This document shows positions 43,177 to 54,363 of a stretch of DNA of 64,000 nt, in pieces. The translations under genes were made by a program, and so were the position numbers. The notes under the pieces were generated by a model. It had not been told where the DNA came from and did not search any database. It worked only from the letters and a program-made list of their open reading frames with translations. The DNA is taken from the NCBI GenBank assembly GCA_013416795.1, contig RQSC01000015.1, positions 679,218-743,217 on the forward strand, given 5' to 3'. Source of the stretch: Prasinococcaceae sp. CCMP 1430. Its lineage: Eukaryota > Plantae > Prasinodermophyta. Position 1 is the stretch's first letter; the number at the start of each line of letters is the position of its first letter.

Positions 43177-45951
43177 CTAGCCGTCGTTCTTTTTGTCCGT
43201 TGCCGTGGCCGCTTGTGGTTGCTGCCCGGCGCCGCCCAAATCAGCCAGCGCGGCGGCCTGCTCTGCCGAAATCTCCTGATCGAAGAAAGCCACTCGAGCC
43301 AGTCGGCCAGTAAAGACTCGCTCGGCGCTGAGGTCCGCTCGCGCGCACAGCGTGACGGGCCCGGACGGATCGATAGGGCCTTGGCCGAAAAGGCGCTCCA
43401 CGGCGACGAGCTCTCCGTCAACGTACAGGTCGTGGCCAGCAAGGCCGTCTGCGCTGTTGCCTGGGCTAACGCTGGTCAGAAGCACGTGGTGCCATTCATT
43501 GTCCGAGAGAGCGGCATGGAAGCTCGTATCGCTGTCCATGAAGCGTGTTTGATCTAGCAGGTCGCTCTTGGAGCGCGCCACGACGCGGACGCCTTCCAGC
43601 TGCCCCAAGTCGGTGCGCTTTGAGAGCACATTGATGTGGTTGGGCTGGAACACATTGACCATCACGTCGGAAGGGTCGAGCTCGCCGTGGGAAAAGAAGT
43701 ACGCGAACGGGTTGAGCACCGGGTCGACGCCCTCTTCGGGCTCCTGCGTCCTCAGCATCATGGAGATGGCCCACGCGCCGCTCGAGCCGTACTCCACGTC
43801 GGGCAGCTCAGCGTACGTGTCGGCGGTGGCCCCGTCGAGTACACCGCCGCAGGAGAGCACCATACCCAACTCCTCGTCCTCCACCCATGCCTGGCTGTCA
43901 ATGTCATCGGGTGCGACGGGCGAGCCCAAGAAGAAGACCTGGCCACTCGGCCCGCCGAGCGTGTCGCGGACGCTCGTCTGCCTTGCGGTGAGCCCGTCGT
44001 TGAGCGGAAAGAACGCCACGGGCCGCGGCACCAGAGCATCCTCCTCGGCAGGCGCGTAATCGTCTGTCCCGTCACTCTCGGCCACGTCGGCCCCAGCAGC
44101 GTCGTCGTCGTCGAGGATCTGCGCGGAGGCGCCGCAGACGGCGCCGTCCTCTTCGAAGGCAGCACACAGAAAGTTGGCGAAGAGGGAATCCGGATTGCCC
44201 CAGCCATCATCGCACACGTCGTCGTCCGGCTTGGGAGCCTTGCCCCCCTTTCCGACGCAGAAGCCGACGCAATCCATGTCCCCTTTGCACGGTTCCGGCT
44301 CCGAGTCGCCGCCGTCGTCGGGATCACCCCCCGGGTAGTAGTCGAAGTAGGAGCTGTCGTCGTCTGCGCCCGTGGCGCCATCGTCGCTTCCCGCCTCCCC
44401 GTCGCCGTCGGCGTCGTTGTTGTCCGAGCCGTCTATGCCGTCCAGGAACTGTTCCGATGGCGATATGAGAGACCACAGCGGGGCGCCGCTCGACGCCGAC
44501 GGGATGTCCCACGCGTATCCGAGTGACCCGTAGTTAAATATCGACGCCGAGCAGCCGCCGCAGGGATTGGAGAACGTGCACGAATCGACAGTGCTGGTGA
44601 CGCCGACCACTCTGCGGCTGCTGTCGGCGAAGAGGGGGCCGCCGCTCGATCCGCCCTGAACTGTGCCAAAGTCCCAGCCGGGGAACACCTGCCACAGGTT
44701 CCCAGCAAAGCTCCTCGTCGCGCCGGCGGCGCGGCGGCTGAGCTTCTTGTAGTCCCCTCTCGGGTGATGTATGGTCGTGACGCCCTGGTCGACCTCGGCG
44801 CCCGACACCGACGTCGACGTGTCGAAGCCATTGTAGTAGGGATCCGCGCTCTTCGGAAGACCTCCCTGCAGCTGGATCAGCGCCAAATCGGGATTGCCGT
44901 TGTGCCAAAGCACATCGATGCCCTGCGAGGTCACCCCAGTCAGGGGGCAGCCCGCGCTGCACTCGCGCTCCAGGCCGAATTGCGCCAGCCAGAAGGGGCT
45001 GCCGCCGCTGAAGCCGTCCACGCAGTGGTCCGCCGTCAGCGCGAGGAGCCTGCCCTCCCCCTCGGGATCGCGGATGAGACTCGCACTGCAGACGCTCCCC
45101 CCCACGATCAGCTTGAAGACCCCTCGCGACATCTCTTCCCAGCTGTCGCCCTCGTCGCACGTGATGTCGACCTGGCACTCCGCGGACTCGCACACCCGCG
45201 CGCTGGGCAGGCTCACGTTGCCGAGCTCGGTGTCGAAGTGGTGGACTACGTCGAAAAGCTCCAGCGAGGGCACGCACCCGGCGTGTGCGGCCCTCGGGCC
45301 GCGCACGTACTCGAGCAGCACCTCATCGCCGATGGTCTCCGTCAGGATGGCGCCCGCAGGCGGAGCGTCCGCGTCGGCCATCGTGCGCACGGCCGGGTCG
45401 CCGAGCATGGCGCCACCGGCCGAGTCCACGGCGGTAGCGAACACGGCGCCCCCACACAGCGACGCGTTCGCCATGCGCACGGTCAGCGCGATGGCCCCCG
45501 GCGAGCGCACCAGCAGGCGCAGCAGGGGCGGTGCTCCCAAATTCACGTCCACGTCGTCCTGCCCGGCGGCGTGTGAGGTGCGGTTCCACTCTGCTGTGCT
45601 GCCATTGTAGAAAACCCAACCACCGGCCTGGAAGAGGTCGGTGCCGTTCGCGGGCAGCTCCAAGCCGTATCGCAGCGGCCGCCGCCCATCACTCTCCTTG
45701 ACCGCCTCGGCCTCGGCTGCGCGCAGCGCGGCCGCGTCGAGCTGTGGCGGCAAGTCAAAGCGGGGCACGCTCTCCGCCCACGGCAGGCCGCGACGCGCCG
45801 TTGGCGATACCGCGCTCGGAGGTGCGCCGACAGCGTCCGCACCGCGCGGCCAGCGAAACACCGCCACCGCCAGCGCGAGCAGAAAGAGGGGGAGAGGGAG
45901 TGCCGCTGGCACCGGCGCGGCGCGGCCGAGGGCGCTGCGGCGCGCGGGCAT
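43177..45951 (-). CDS. Secreted lysyl-endopeptidase-like (S1/PA clan) serine protease with acidic linker, LNR-like and LamG-like domains
   Basis: Signal/TM LPLPLFLLALAVAVF; propeptide; CQVDITC; VCSASLI; TADHC (His); DLALIQL (Asp); IHHPRGDYKKLS; GGSSGGPLF (Ser). Then CDDGWG...NFLCAAFEEDGAVC and PVAFFPLNDG...EWHHVLLT...LYVDGELV...FTGRLARVAFFDQEIS. Confidence 0.8.
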   Translation of the reverse strand: MPARRSALGRAAPVPAALPLPLFLLALAVAVFRWPRGADAVGAPPSAVSPTARRGLPWAESVPRFDLPPQLDAAALRAAEAEAVKESDGRRPLRYGLELPANGTDLFQAGGWVFYNGSTAEWNRTSHAAGQDDVDVNLGAPPLLRLLVRSPGAIALTVRMANASLCGGAVFATAVDSAGGAMLGDPAVRTMADADAPPAGAILTETIGDEVLLEYVRGPRAAHAGCVPSLELFDVVHHFDTELGNVSLPSARVCESAECQVDITCDEGDSWEEMSRGVFKLIVGGSVCSASLIRDPEGEGRLLALTADHCVDGFSGGSPFWLAQFGLERECSAGCPLTGVTSQGIDVLWHNGNPDLALIQLQGGLPKSADPYYNGFDTSTSVSGAEVDQGVTTIHHPRGDYKKLSRRAAGATRSFAGNLWQVFPGWDFGTVQGGSSGGPLFADSSRRVVGVTSTVDSCTFSNPCGGCSASIFNYGSLGYAWDIPSASSGAPLWSLISPSEQFLDGIDGSDNNDADGDGEAGSDDGATGADDDSSYFDYYPGGDPDDGGDSEPEPCKGDMDCVGFCVGKGGKAPKPDDDVCDDGWGNPDSLFANFLCAAFEEDGAVCGASAQILDDDDAAGADVAESDGTDDYAPAEEDALVPRPVAFFPLNDGLTARQTSVRDTLGGPSGQVFFLGSPVAPDDIDSQAWVEDEELGMVLSCGGVLDGATADTYAELPDVEYGSSGAWAISMMLRTQEPEEGVDPVLNPFAYFFSHGELDPSDVMVNVFQPNHINVLSKRTDLGQLEGVRVVARSKSDLLDQTRFMDSDTSFHAALSDNEWHHVLLTSVSPGNSADGLAGHDLYVDGELVAVERLFGQGPIDPSGPVTLCARADLSAERVFTGRLARVAFFDQEISAEQAAALADLGGAGQQPQAATATDKKNDG

Positions 45952-47152
45952 GTCGCCGGCCGGCGCGTCGGCCCGAGGACCTGACCGACGCCCCGGCAGA
46001 GATAACAGAGGCGGCGAGCCGCTCACTGGAAAAATGCCCGCGAAAAGAGACACCGCCGCCGCTCTGCGCGCGCTAGGACCCACAGGCGCGCGCGCGCGGG
46101 GCCGCGAGCGCCGCGGCGCCCTCTGAGGGATCAGACGGAGGCGAATCCCCCTCCACCCCCCACTCTCACCCAACGCACGCGCCGGCCCTCTGCGCGCCCG
46201 ACCGCCGCGCGCGCTCGCGTCGCGCGCGCGCGCGCGCGTGCGGAGCGCGCGCCGATGCCAGGCGGCGGCGCCGCCGGCGAAAGCTGGCATCCTCACGCAG
46301 TAATTCGGATCATCGCCTCGCCCAGTGCGGAAGCGCCCGGACGTCAACGCGCGCTCGCCGCGGCGCGTCTGGATCATTGTCCAGCTGTCCGCCCCCAGAT
46401 TTTTTGTGCAGGGGTGCGAAGAGGCCGAGCCGCCGGACGGCGCGTGGGAGGGTGCGCACGCACGCTCGGAGGGCGCGTCCGCGACGGGCGAGCGATCGCA
46501 GATGCCGTGCAGTGGCCGTGGCGTCCGGCGGGTTTGACCTGTGGACCGCACGCGCGCCGCATGGCAAACTTTCGAGTTTTTTGGCGCCTCCTCAGTACTT
46601 TGGGCCGGCGTGAGAGGTTTCCTCGCCGGCGACGGAAGCACCGGAGTTGCCGCATGACAGACGAAGACTACACGCAATGAATTGCAATGCGCGCCTGCGT
46701 GTCAATGTGTGTGTGTACCTGCGCGCGCGTGTGTGTCCCCCACTAAGGTGCGTTGGGTTGGGGGAGGGCGCGAGCGAGCGCCACTCTGCCTGCCTGCGCG
46801 AGATTGCTTCCCGTGCGCACCGTTTGACGCAGCGAGGAGCAGCACAGCGCGCAGCGCGCAGACGGCATCGCACGACGGAGACCGCGGCGCGGAGCGCTGG
46901 CACCCACGAGGCGGAGCGGCGGCGACCGGGCGAGGACCGGGTGGGGGAGGGGCGGGGTGAGGGGGTGCGTGGGCGACCAGCAGGCCCGCGCGCCCCACCA
47001 TCCGCATCGGAAATTTCCCCTCGTCCCTTCCTTGTTCGAAACCAGCCTCCGGGCTTGCATGACCAACGCTGGACGTGCGGGCGCCACGACTCTCGGTAGC
47101 AGGGGCCGACACGCGCGCAGCTCCTGTCCTGATATCTGAGTCCTGACAGACG

Positions 47153-48642
47153 ATGGGCTGTTGCGCCTCGGCCCCCTCCGCGGGCAGACCAGCAGCGGCA
47201 GGGCAGACCGCGCCGCCACCGGCCTCTTTGCTCTCCATCGTCGTCTCGACGAGCTCCTTCCGATCCGCGCGGAGCTCTTTCAGGTCTGCGTCGACGGCGG
47301 GGGAGTCTGAGGTACGACTTCCTCGTCTGTGCGCCCGATTTGCGCCCGCGCTGACACACATACGCGCCCTCGCCGCCTCCCTCCTCACCGACAGCGCGAT
47401 GTCGCCGCCTCCCCGCGAGCGTCCCTCGCAGCGCGCCTCAGGCGCTCCTTCATGTCCGGCCGACTGCGGCGACCCGATCAGCCAAAGGATGAGGGCGCCG
47501 CCGTCGAGGCCCTCCGCCGCGAATTGGTCCGCCGAGGCGCGCTCGAGGACGATGCGACGGCCTGGCACGGTGGAGCGCAGCCAATTGGCGCCGTGCTGCG
47601 AAGGTTCTTGCGCGCACGGAAAGGGGAGGTCGCCGCCGCCGCGGACATGTTCGAGCGGCAGGTCGAGTGGAGGCGAAGCCTCGGCGACGGCGGGGTCGAT
47701 TCCATCGAGCGCTGGTTTGACTTTCCCGAGAAGGCGAGCGTGCGCGAGCTGTACCCTGCGGGCTATTTCAGGACGTGCAAGCAGGGCCGTCCGGTGTATT
47801 GCGAGCGTCTGGGCCGCGTGGACATCGAGGCGTTGGCCAAGGTGTGCTCCGTTGACCGGCTGGTGCTTTATCACGTGCTCGAGTACGAGTTTCTCATGCG
47901 GCACCATCTGCCGGAGCTGCAGGCGCGTCTGCCCGAGGAGAAGCGATGGGAGGTCTCGAGCACGCAGACCGTGACAATTCTGGATTTGGCGGGCCTCCAC
48001 TTCGGCAACTTGAAGAAGTCCAAAGGCATGGCGCTCGACTACTTTCGTCGCGTGAAAGACATCGACAGGTGCGAGCATGATGGCTCGTTCGTGTTGCCTT
48101 GGATGGTCGTAGAAGTCGATAGCAAGCTGTGCGCTGACTCGCGGGCGTCTCTTTACTCTCGCACCGGCAGCGATTGCTACCCAGAAATGCTCGGCAGACT
48201 CCTCGTGATCAACGCCCCGTTCGCGTTTCGCGCGATTTGGTCTCTGTTGAGGCCCATGGTGCCGCGCGAAACGCTTTCGAAGGTTTCAATCCACGGGACG
48301 GACTTCGAAAAGGCGCTGCACTCGCTGGTCTCGCCCGCAGATCTGCCGCCCTCGCTGGGCGGAAGCGACGAGTCGCTCGAGCTGGGCACGTGCTTGAGCG
48401 ACGAGTACCACGCCGAAACGCATCTGTGCGCAGACGAGGAGAGCGCTGATGCCGCCAGCCAGAGTCCGACGGGTACCGACGACGATGACACACAGCCTGT
48501 TCCCCCGCGGTCTCTTGGCCGCCGAGCGACCAAGATGGTCGTCAAGGTCGGTTCGATGCTGGCGTCACCCGTAGCAGCGCCCGCGGCGCAGGCAGCCTTC
48601 GTGCGGGGCATCGTTGAGCACGGCGCGCAGCACGACATCTAG
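47153..48642 (+). CDS. SEC14/CRAL-TRIO lipid-transfer protein with N-terminal MGCC acylation motif; exons 47153-47311, 47395-48068, 48171-48642
   Basis: LRRFLRARK...WRR; CKQGRPVYCERLG; TILDLAGL; YPEMLGRLLVINAPFAF...WSLLRPMVPRETLSKV; LPPSLGG. Exons join in frame (435 codons). Confidence 0.88.
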
Positions 48643-49222
48643 CTGCTAGAAAGAGCCACATGCTCGTTGTTGATCCTCTCCATCTAGCTTTCCAGAGCAG
48701 CGGCTGGACGTGCAGCAACAGAGTCTGCACACCCAGTACCGTGCACACTCACCTTGCCCGTGGCGAGCCTCCCGTTCTGCTGCGCGGTGAGCAGCGGGCC
48801 GCCCTAAGTTTTGGTTCTGCGTGTAATGTTCGGGGTTGGAAAACGCGGACCCTACGCACGTCAGACCGCATGGCTCTCACCCCCATTTTCCAGGTTTTTT
48901 AGCGGGTTCCGCGCCCGCGCCGGAGGGCCTCCATGACCTCGAGTTCGAAAGTGCGATTCGAAAGCGGCGGCGTTCTGTGCAGCGTGCGCGCGCCGGCGCG
49001 CGCCATTGCGCGCGGGTGCGCCCCCCCCCACCCACCCCCCACCCACCCCTTCCGCTTCGCGAAGCGGGCCGCGCTCGCGCGGGGCGGGGCGGAGAAAGGA
49101 ACCAGCGCGCAGCCACCTCCCGTCGATCGACTTCTCTACCACCACTTTGCAGCCCCCCCCTCCCCGTCCCCACACTCCGTTTTGTTGCCGGGCGGAGAAG
49201 GCGGGGCAGAGTACGCGCTGCG

Positions 49223-50934
49223 ATGGCGGCGGCGGTGTGCGAGTGGCCGGCCTCGGGCAAGCCGGACCTGGAATGGGTGCAATCGCTCGCCGAAGCGATG
49301 CTTGCGGCGAGCCAGGCACGGGGTGGCGGGTCGCTGTGCAAAACGCGCGGGCTCGCCGCGCGCGTGCCGTACGCCACCGCCGAGGCGCTGCTCTCAGAAG
49401 CGGCGTCGGCGCTCGCAAAGGACGCGACCGTCGTGGACGTGGAGGGGTACGACGTGGACGAGGTGATCGTGGTGGGGGACACCCACGGGCAGTTTCACGA
49501 TGTGCTACGTCTAATTGAGCTCAGCGGACCGCCGGGCGCGGGCTTCGCAGGCGCGGACGCGCGCGAGTGCGCGTCCGCGCGGCTTGCGGCAGACAGCACG
49601 CAGCGCATGCGCGTCGAAGGTGCGTACGCGGGTGAGGCGGCCGTCCCTGCCGCGAACGCGGTGGACACGGAAGCCGCGGTCGCTGCCGACATGGATGCAA
49701 CGTCGGACTCGAGCTCGGACGACGAGGTCACCATCAACCCACGCCGGCGAGCGAATCCGCAGCAGCAGGAGCGACATGCTGGGGGCGGAGAGAAGGAGCA
49801 GGACCAGCTTGGGGCGGACGAGGGACAGGCGAGCGCTGCGCCGATCCCGGTGCGCAAGAAGACGCGCACGATTGTCTTCAACGGCGACTTCGTGGATCGC
49901 GGCGCGTGGTCCGTCGAGACGCTGCTGTTGCTATGCGCGTACCGGCTGGCGGCACCCGGGCGCGCCGTGCTACTGCGCGGCAACCACGAGTCCAAATTCT
50001 GCACGATGTGCTACGGCTTCAACACCGAGCTGGAGGCCAAGTACGGTTCGGACGCCAAGGCGCTATACCGCCGTTGCCTCCGCGTCTTCTCCAATCTGCC
50101 TCTCGCGGCGCTCGTGGCGGGCAAAGCCCTCGTGCTGCACGGCGGTCTCTTCAGGGCACCCCCCAAGAAGTCGAAGAAGGCTGGAGGGAAGGGCGGCCGC
50201 AGCAAGCGCCACTACGCCGTGCAACTTGGCACGGTCGACGAGCTCCGTCGCGCCTCCCGCGGTGGGCAAGACCCTGACGGAGAGGGTGTGCGCGCGGTGG
50301 CCTCGGACGTGCTGTGGTCGGACCCCACGATGGATGAGGGCCTGGAGGAGAACGACAACCGTGGCATCGGACTGCTGTACGGCCCGGACGCGACCAAGCA
50401 GTTTCTCAAGGTGAGGACGCTCGGGCGACTCGGGCCGACGCTTGCTCGCGCTCGCGCTTGCGATCGCGCTCGCGCGCCCTACGCTCGGCTTAAACCCCTC
50501 GCGCGCCGTACGCTCGGCTTAAACCCCCCAGCTGACCGCCCGCCCCCGCTCGAATCCACTCACAGGAAAACGACCTCAAATTGGTGCTGCGCTCGCACGA
50601 GGGGCCGGATGCGCGTGCCGACCGCGTGGAGGACGGCATGAAACCAATGGATGCGGGCTTCACCGTCGACCACGACTGCGGCGAGGTCGGCAAGCTCTGC
50701 ACCGTGTTCTCGGCGCCGTCGTACCCCCAGTTCCTCTCGCCGGGCGAGGAGCGCATCCACAACCAGGCAGCGTTCGTCAGGCTCACGGCCGGGACCGACT
50801 TCAGCGAGCCTTCGCCCTTTTCGTTCGATGCCGCCGAGCGGCCCGCAGCCTCGTGTTACTACGACCTCGTAGACGACGCCGAGACAGAAGCGGGCGACCT
50901 GGAGGACTCAGACTTGGATAGCGACTACAAGTAG
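49223..50934 (+). CDS. PP7: Ser/Thr protein phosphatase 7 (PPP family); exons 49223-50410 and 50566-50934
   Basis: GDTHGQFHDV, FNGDFVDRGAWSVE, LRGNHE, HGGLFR, DVLWSDP, RGIGLLYGPD, VLRSHEGPDAR, TVFSAPSYPQF. N-terminal WP...LEWV is PP7-type. Confidence 0.88.
50469..50527. repeat. 29-nt tandem duplication inside the PP7 intron
   Basis: CTCGCGCGCC(C/G)TACGCTCGGCTTAAACCC occurs twice, at 50469 and 50498. Confidence 0.85.
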
Positions 50935-51228
50935 ACGCGTGACAGCTCCGAATCTCGTCGGTCATCGCGGACGCCTGATCTTAAGGTGGTCGTGCCGATA
51001 ACACTCAGGATGCACGCGTCCAGCGATGCGCCGTGCCGCAAGCGCCGATCGTGCGCAAGAGTGTGACAAAAATGATTTCATATAGCGGGCGAAGCGAGGT
51101 GGTGCAATGGTGTCCCGACGTGCTCCTGTCTGGACACCTACATGGCCCGGTCGCCGCGCCGGCAGCCCATGGAAGCAATCACTGGCACGCGCGTACGCTC
51201 GCACGGTGCAGAACGCCCCCACCCCAGC

Positions 51229-51857
51229 TCACGCGCTGCCCTCCCCCGACTTCTTGGCCGCCCAGTCCTTTTGGAACTGCTCCCACTTTTGGCGCAGCTC
51301 CGCGTCGGACATGTCCGTGCTATTCATCTTCAGCTGCTCGCGGCGATTGAGGTGGTCCTTCTTATGCAAGCACCGCTGCGTGGCCGCGCAGGCGGGCCAT
51401 GCACGTGCGAGGAACCACGCGGAGGCGTCGACAGAGCGCGGAACGCCCGCACGAGTTAGCACACAGCTGCGAATGGCGAGGCCGCAGGCGCGCAGCACCA
51501 AGGGCGACCGGCGCCAACAACGCAACTGCTCAGCGCGCTTTCGCGCGCACAGGGAGGACGGCAGCAGCCCGCGGGATGGCACCGCGTATGTGCACGTGGT
51601 GACGTGCTTGAGGCGCAGCGACCACCCCTCGACAGCACATGCGGCAGCAGGGAGCGCAGCGCGCTTCCCGCGCACGACGTTGTGCGAGGCATCCTCGGCG
51701 CCATCCGCGCGCCCGGAACTCGCGCGCGCACCTTGTAGTCCTCCAGAAGCGCGCGGCAGGCGCGCTTGGGGTTGTCGGCCTGCGTGAAGCACCACTTGAA
51801 ATCCATCCACAGTGGGAAGCACGGGTGGACCCCCCCGCGCCAGTCGAAGTACACCAT
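51229..51857 (-). CDS. NDUFS5: Complex I twin-CX9C subunit NDUFS5 (15 kDa); exons 51857-51732 and 51375-51229
   Basis: Spliced product MVYFDWRGGVHP-CFPLWMDFKWC-FTQADNPKRA-CRALLEDYKRC-LHKKDHL... has two CX9C motifs and the FWMDF/EDY.ECLH-like signature. Confidence 0.8.
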
Positions 51858-52545
51858 GGCCTCTGCGCAGTGCGCGCCCGTGTGCCCTCCCCCCCCCAAC
51901 CCCAAATGCGGCCCGCGTCAGGCGGCGCGGGCACGCGGCTGCCCGCGCCGCAGGGCCGGTCGGGCACGGCGCGGGCGCGCGGACGGGCCCCGCGGAGCCT
52001 CGGAAGGGAGGGGCCCGCCCCCCTGTCTGCCACGCGGCGCAGCGGGGAAGGCGCGAGCGCGGGAGGCGCGGGCTGTGCCCCCCGCGCACCGGGCGCCCTA
52101 AAAATCTGCTGGCGCGGAACTGCTGTCATCAATCGGATCGCGCAATAAACCTCAAACATTCGCTCGCACACGCGATCGGAATCAACATGACACGACATCA
52201 AAAACACCCAATCACAAACCCTCATTTTCACACCCAGAACGGCTGGGGGAGTGGCAGGGATAGGGCACACGCCTCTGAGACCGGACGACTCACCCGCGCG
52301 CCTGCTACCGCTGCAGCCTCACTCAGGGGCGTGGGGACGTGATGGCCTGGTCTAGAAGGCACGCACGTACACAGCAACAACACGTACGCGCGCGCACACA
52401 CACGAGCGTACCCTTCCACTGCACCCGACTGAACAATGTGAACAACGTCAGCTCCACCGCCGCATTAGACGCAGCTATAGCGCAAGGCGGCGAGAGGACT
52501 GTCAGGGTGGAAAGACGAGCTTGAAGGTAACAACGCGCAAATTCA

Positions 52546-52764
52546 TCAATTCTGTGCCCAGCCAGCGGGCGGCTCCCACTGCGTCTTGCCACTCGCATTG
52601 AAGTAGTACGTGCGGCCGGTCGACGGGTCCACCGCAGCAGACCAGCGCTCCGCCACCACCGGCGCGGGCACAGGGACTGGTCCATCGCGCTCTTGCACAG
52701 CACCTGTGCCACCGCCATGCTCAGTTAGGACGACATTCTCCTGCGCATCCCCCTGCTTTTGCCG

Positions 52765-52799
<35 letters not shown>

Positions 52800-54363
52800 G
52801 CTCCTGCTCCTGCTGCTGCTGTGGCTGCTGCTGGGTCTCGCGTGCACGCCCCGGCCCCTCCTGCTTCGCGTGTGCCCCACCTTGCGCCTCTTTCCTTCTC
52901 TTCGCGCGCTGCGCGCGGCCCTGCGCTCTTTCCGCCTCCTTCTCCGCGTTGGTCATGAGCAGGTTGTGGTGGCGGAGCGGGTGCGCCTTCACGAACTTGT
53001 GCGCACCAACACCCACACCAGCGAGCAGGGCGACCTTAAAGACGACGCCCACCAGGCGGCGGAGCGGACCTCGCCTGCGGCGCGCAGGCACCCCGGCATC
53101 CGACATCGCAGTGGAAGCAATCGATGCGCGCGAGCCCTGACGCGACAGGGGGGCGGACGGCGCGCCTGCCAGCGCGTGATCCTCAAGTGACACCAAGTAC
53201 CGCCCCGTGAAGGTCCTGAGGAGCTTGTCGAGGGCGCGGTTGGCGAAGCCGCGCAGCAGGCGCGGCGGTGGGCGCACCCACTCGACACGCCAAGACACCG
53301 ATGCCGCAGCCGCACCCTCCGGATTGCCGGCCTCCTCCGGCGACACGGCGATCTGCTGCCAGATTACCAGCCGCGGGCTCGACTTGCCGTTATCGTTGAC
53401 CTGGCACACCTCAACCACGCCCGTGCCCGCCGCCGGGTCCTCGTGCACCACCATCTGTAGCTCGATGGCGTCGCACGCACCGCGCATGAGCAGGCGATTG
53501 GGCGCGTGCGTGAAGCGCACGCGACGCCATCGGATTGGCGTCGCGCTCGCGCCGGTGTACAACGCGCGCAGCGAGATGTCCTTCGGTGTGCCGCGGCACC
53601 ACGCGCCTACCTGCAGGCCGGTAGAGTTGGCGCTAGAGTGCCACGCCTCCGCGAAGCCGATGCTGGTGAGCGCAGTGAACGCGCGCTGCGGCCGGCAGCT
53701 GATCGCGCGAGCCAGCGGGCGGGCGTTGAGCGGCGCGGGTGGCGGGTTGGTCGGGGTGGTGCCGACGGCTGCACGCGCGGCCGCACGTCGCCTGGCGGAC
53801 GGCGCCCGCCGCCGCGGGAGGCTCGGTACTCCCAGGCTGGCCTTCTCCGCGGCGGGCACACCTGCGGGCGCGCCGGTCGTCGAAAGCGCCGCAGCCGCAT
53901 CGCCTGCACCGCCCCTGCTCGACGGCTGCGTGGCAGCCGTGTAGAGCGCTGATGGCGCGCGCGGCGCCGCCCCCCGCTTTGCTGTGGCCTTTGCGGCGGC
54001 CGCGCGCACGGCGTGCGCCTGCGCCTCGCCGAAGGCCTGTGCCTGCACGGCCGCGGCGGCGAACGCGTCGATCTGCTCTTGCTCAAACGCCTCCGCGGGC
54101 CCCGCTCCCGCCGCCCCCCCCACGGCCGCTGAGCGGTCGCCTGTAGGTGCTGGCCTCGTGGCCCAGGGGGAGCGCGCTGGGCCCGCACACGACACACTCC
54201 TCACCAGCCCCGCCCAGCACCAGCGCAGGTCTTTTTTTTTTTTTTTTTTGGTGCCGGGTGATTTTCGCGCGCCCGCCGGCCAGGGTTGTTTCCGTGGTTG
54301 GGTGGACTCGCGCGCCGCGTTCGCGCGCGCTCGCCGCTCCGCTCGCCAGAGGACGGAAAGCAT
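52546..54363 (-). CDS. VASt (StART-like) lipid-transfer domain protein with TM, Gln/Glu-rich linker and C-terminal WW domain; 5' exon structure unresolved
   Basis: RRVRFTHAPN...GACDAIELQ...VVEV...VSWRVEWVRPPPRLLRGFANRALDKLLRTF; TM LVGVVFKVALLAGVGVGA; WW RWSAAVDPSTGRTYYFNASGKTQWEPPAGW. Likely acceptors near 54141 and 53696; start uncertain. Confidence 0.65.
52765..52825. repeat. (CTCCTG)n/(CTG)n coding repeat (QEQEQ / QQQ)
   Basis: Hexamer repeat encoding QQQPQQQQEQEQQEQEQEQEQEQ on the minus strand. Confidence 0.85.

Noticed and set aside
43063-43557. 164-aa plus-strand ORF overlapping the protease 3' end
   Set aside because: Antisense to the LamG-like coding region, starts at a non-ATG codon in the track, and has no recognisable motif.
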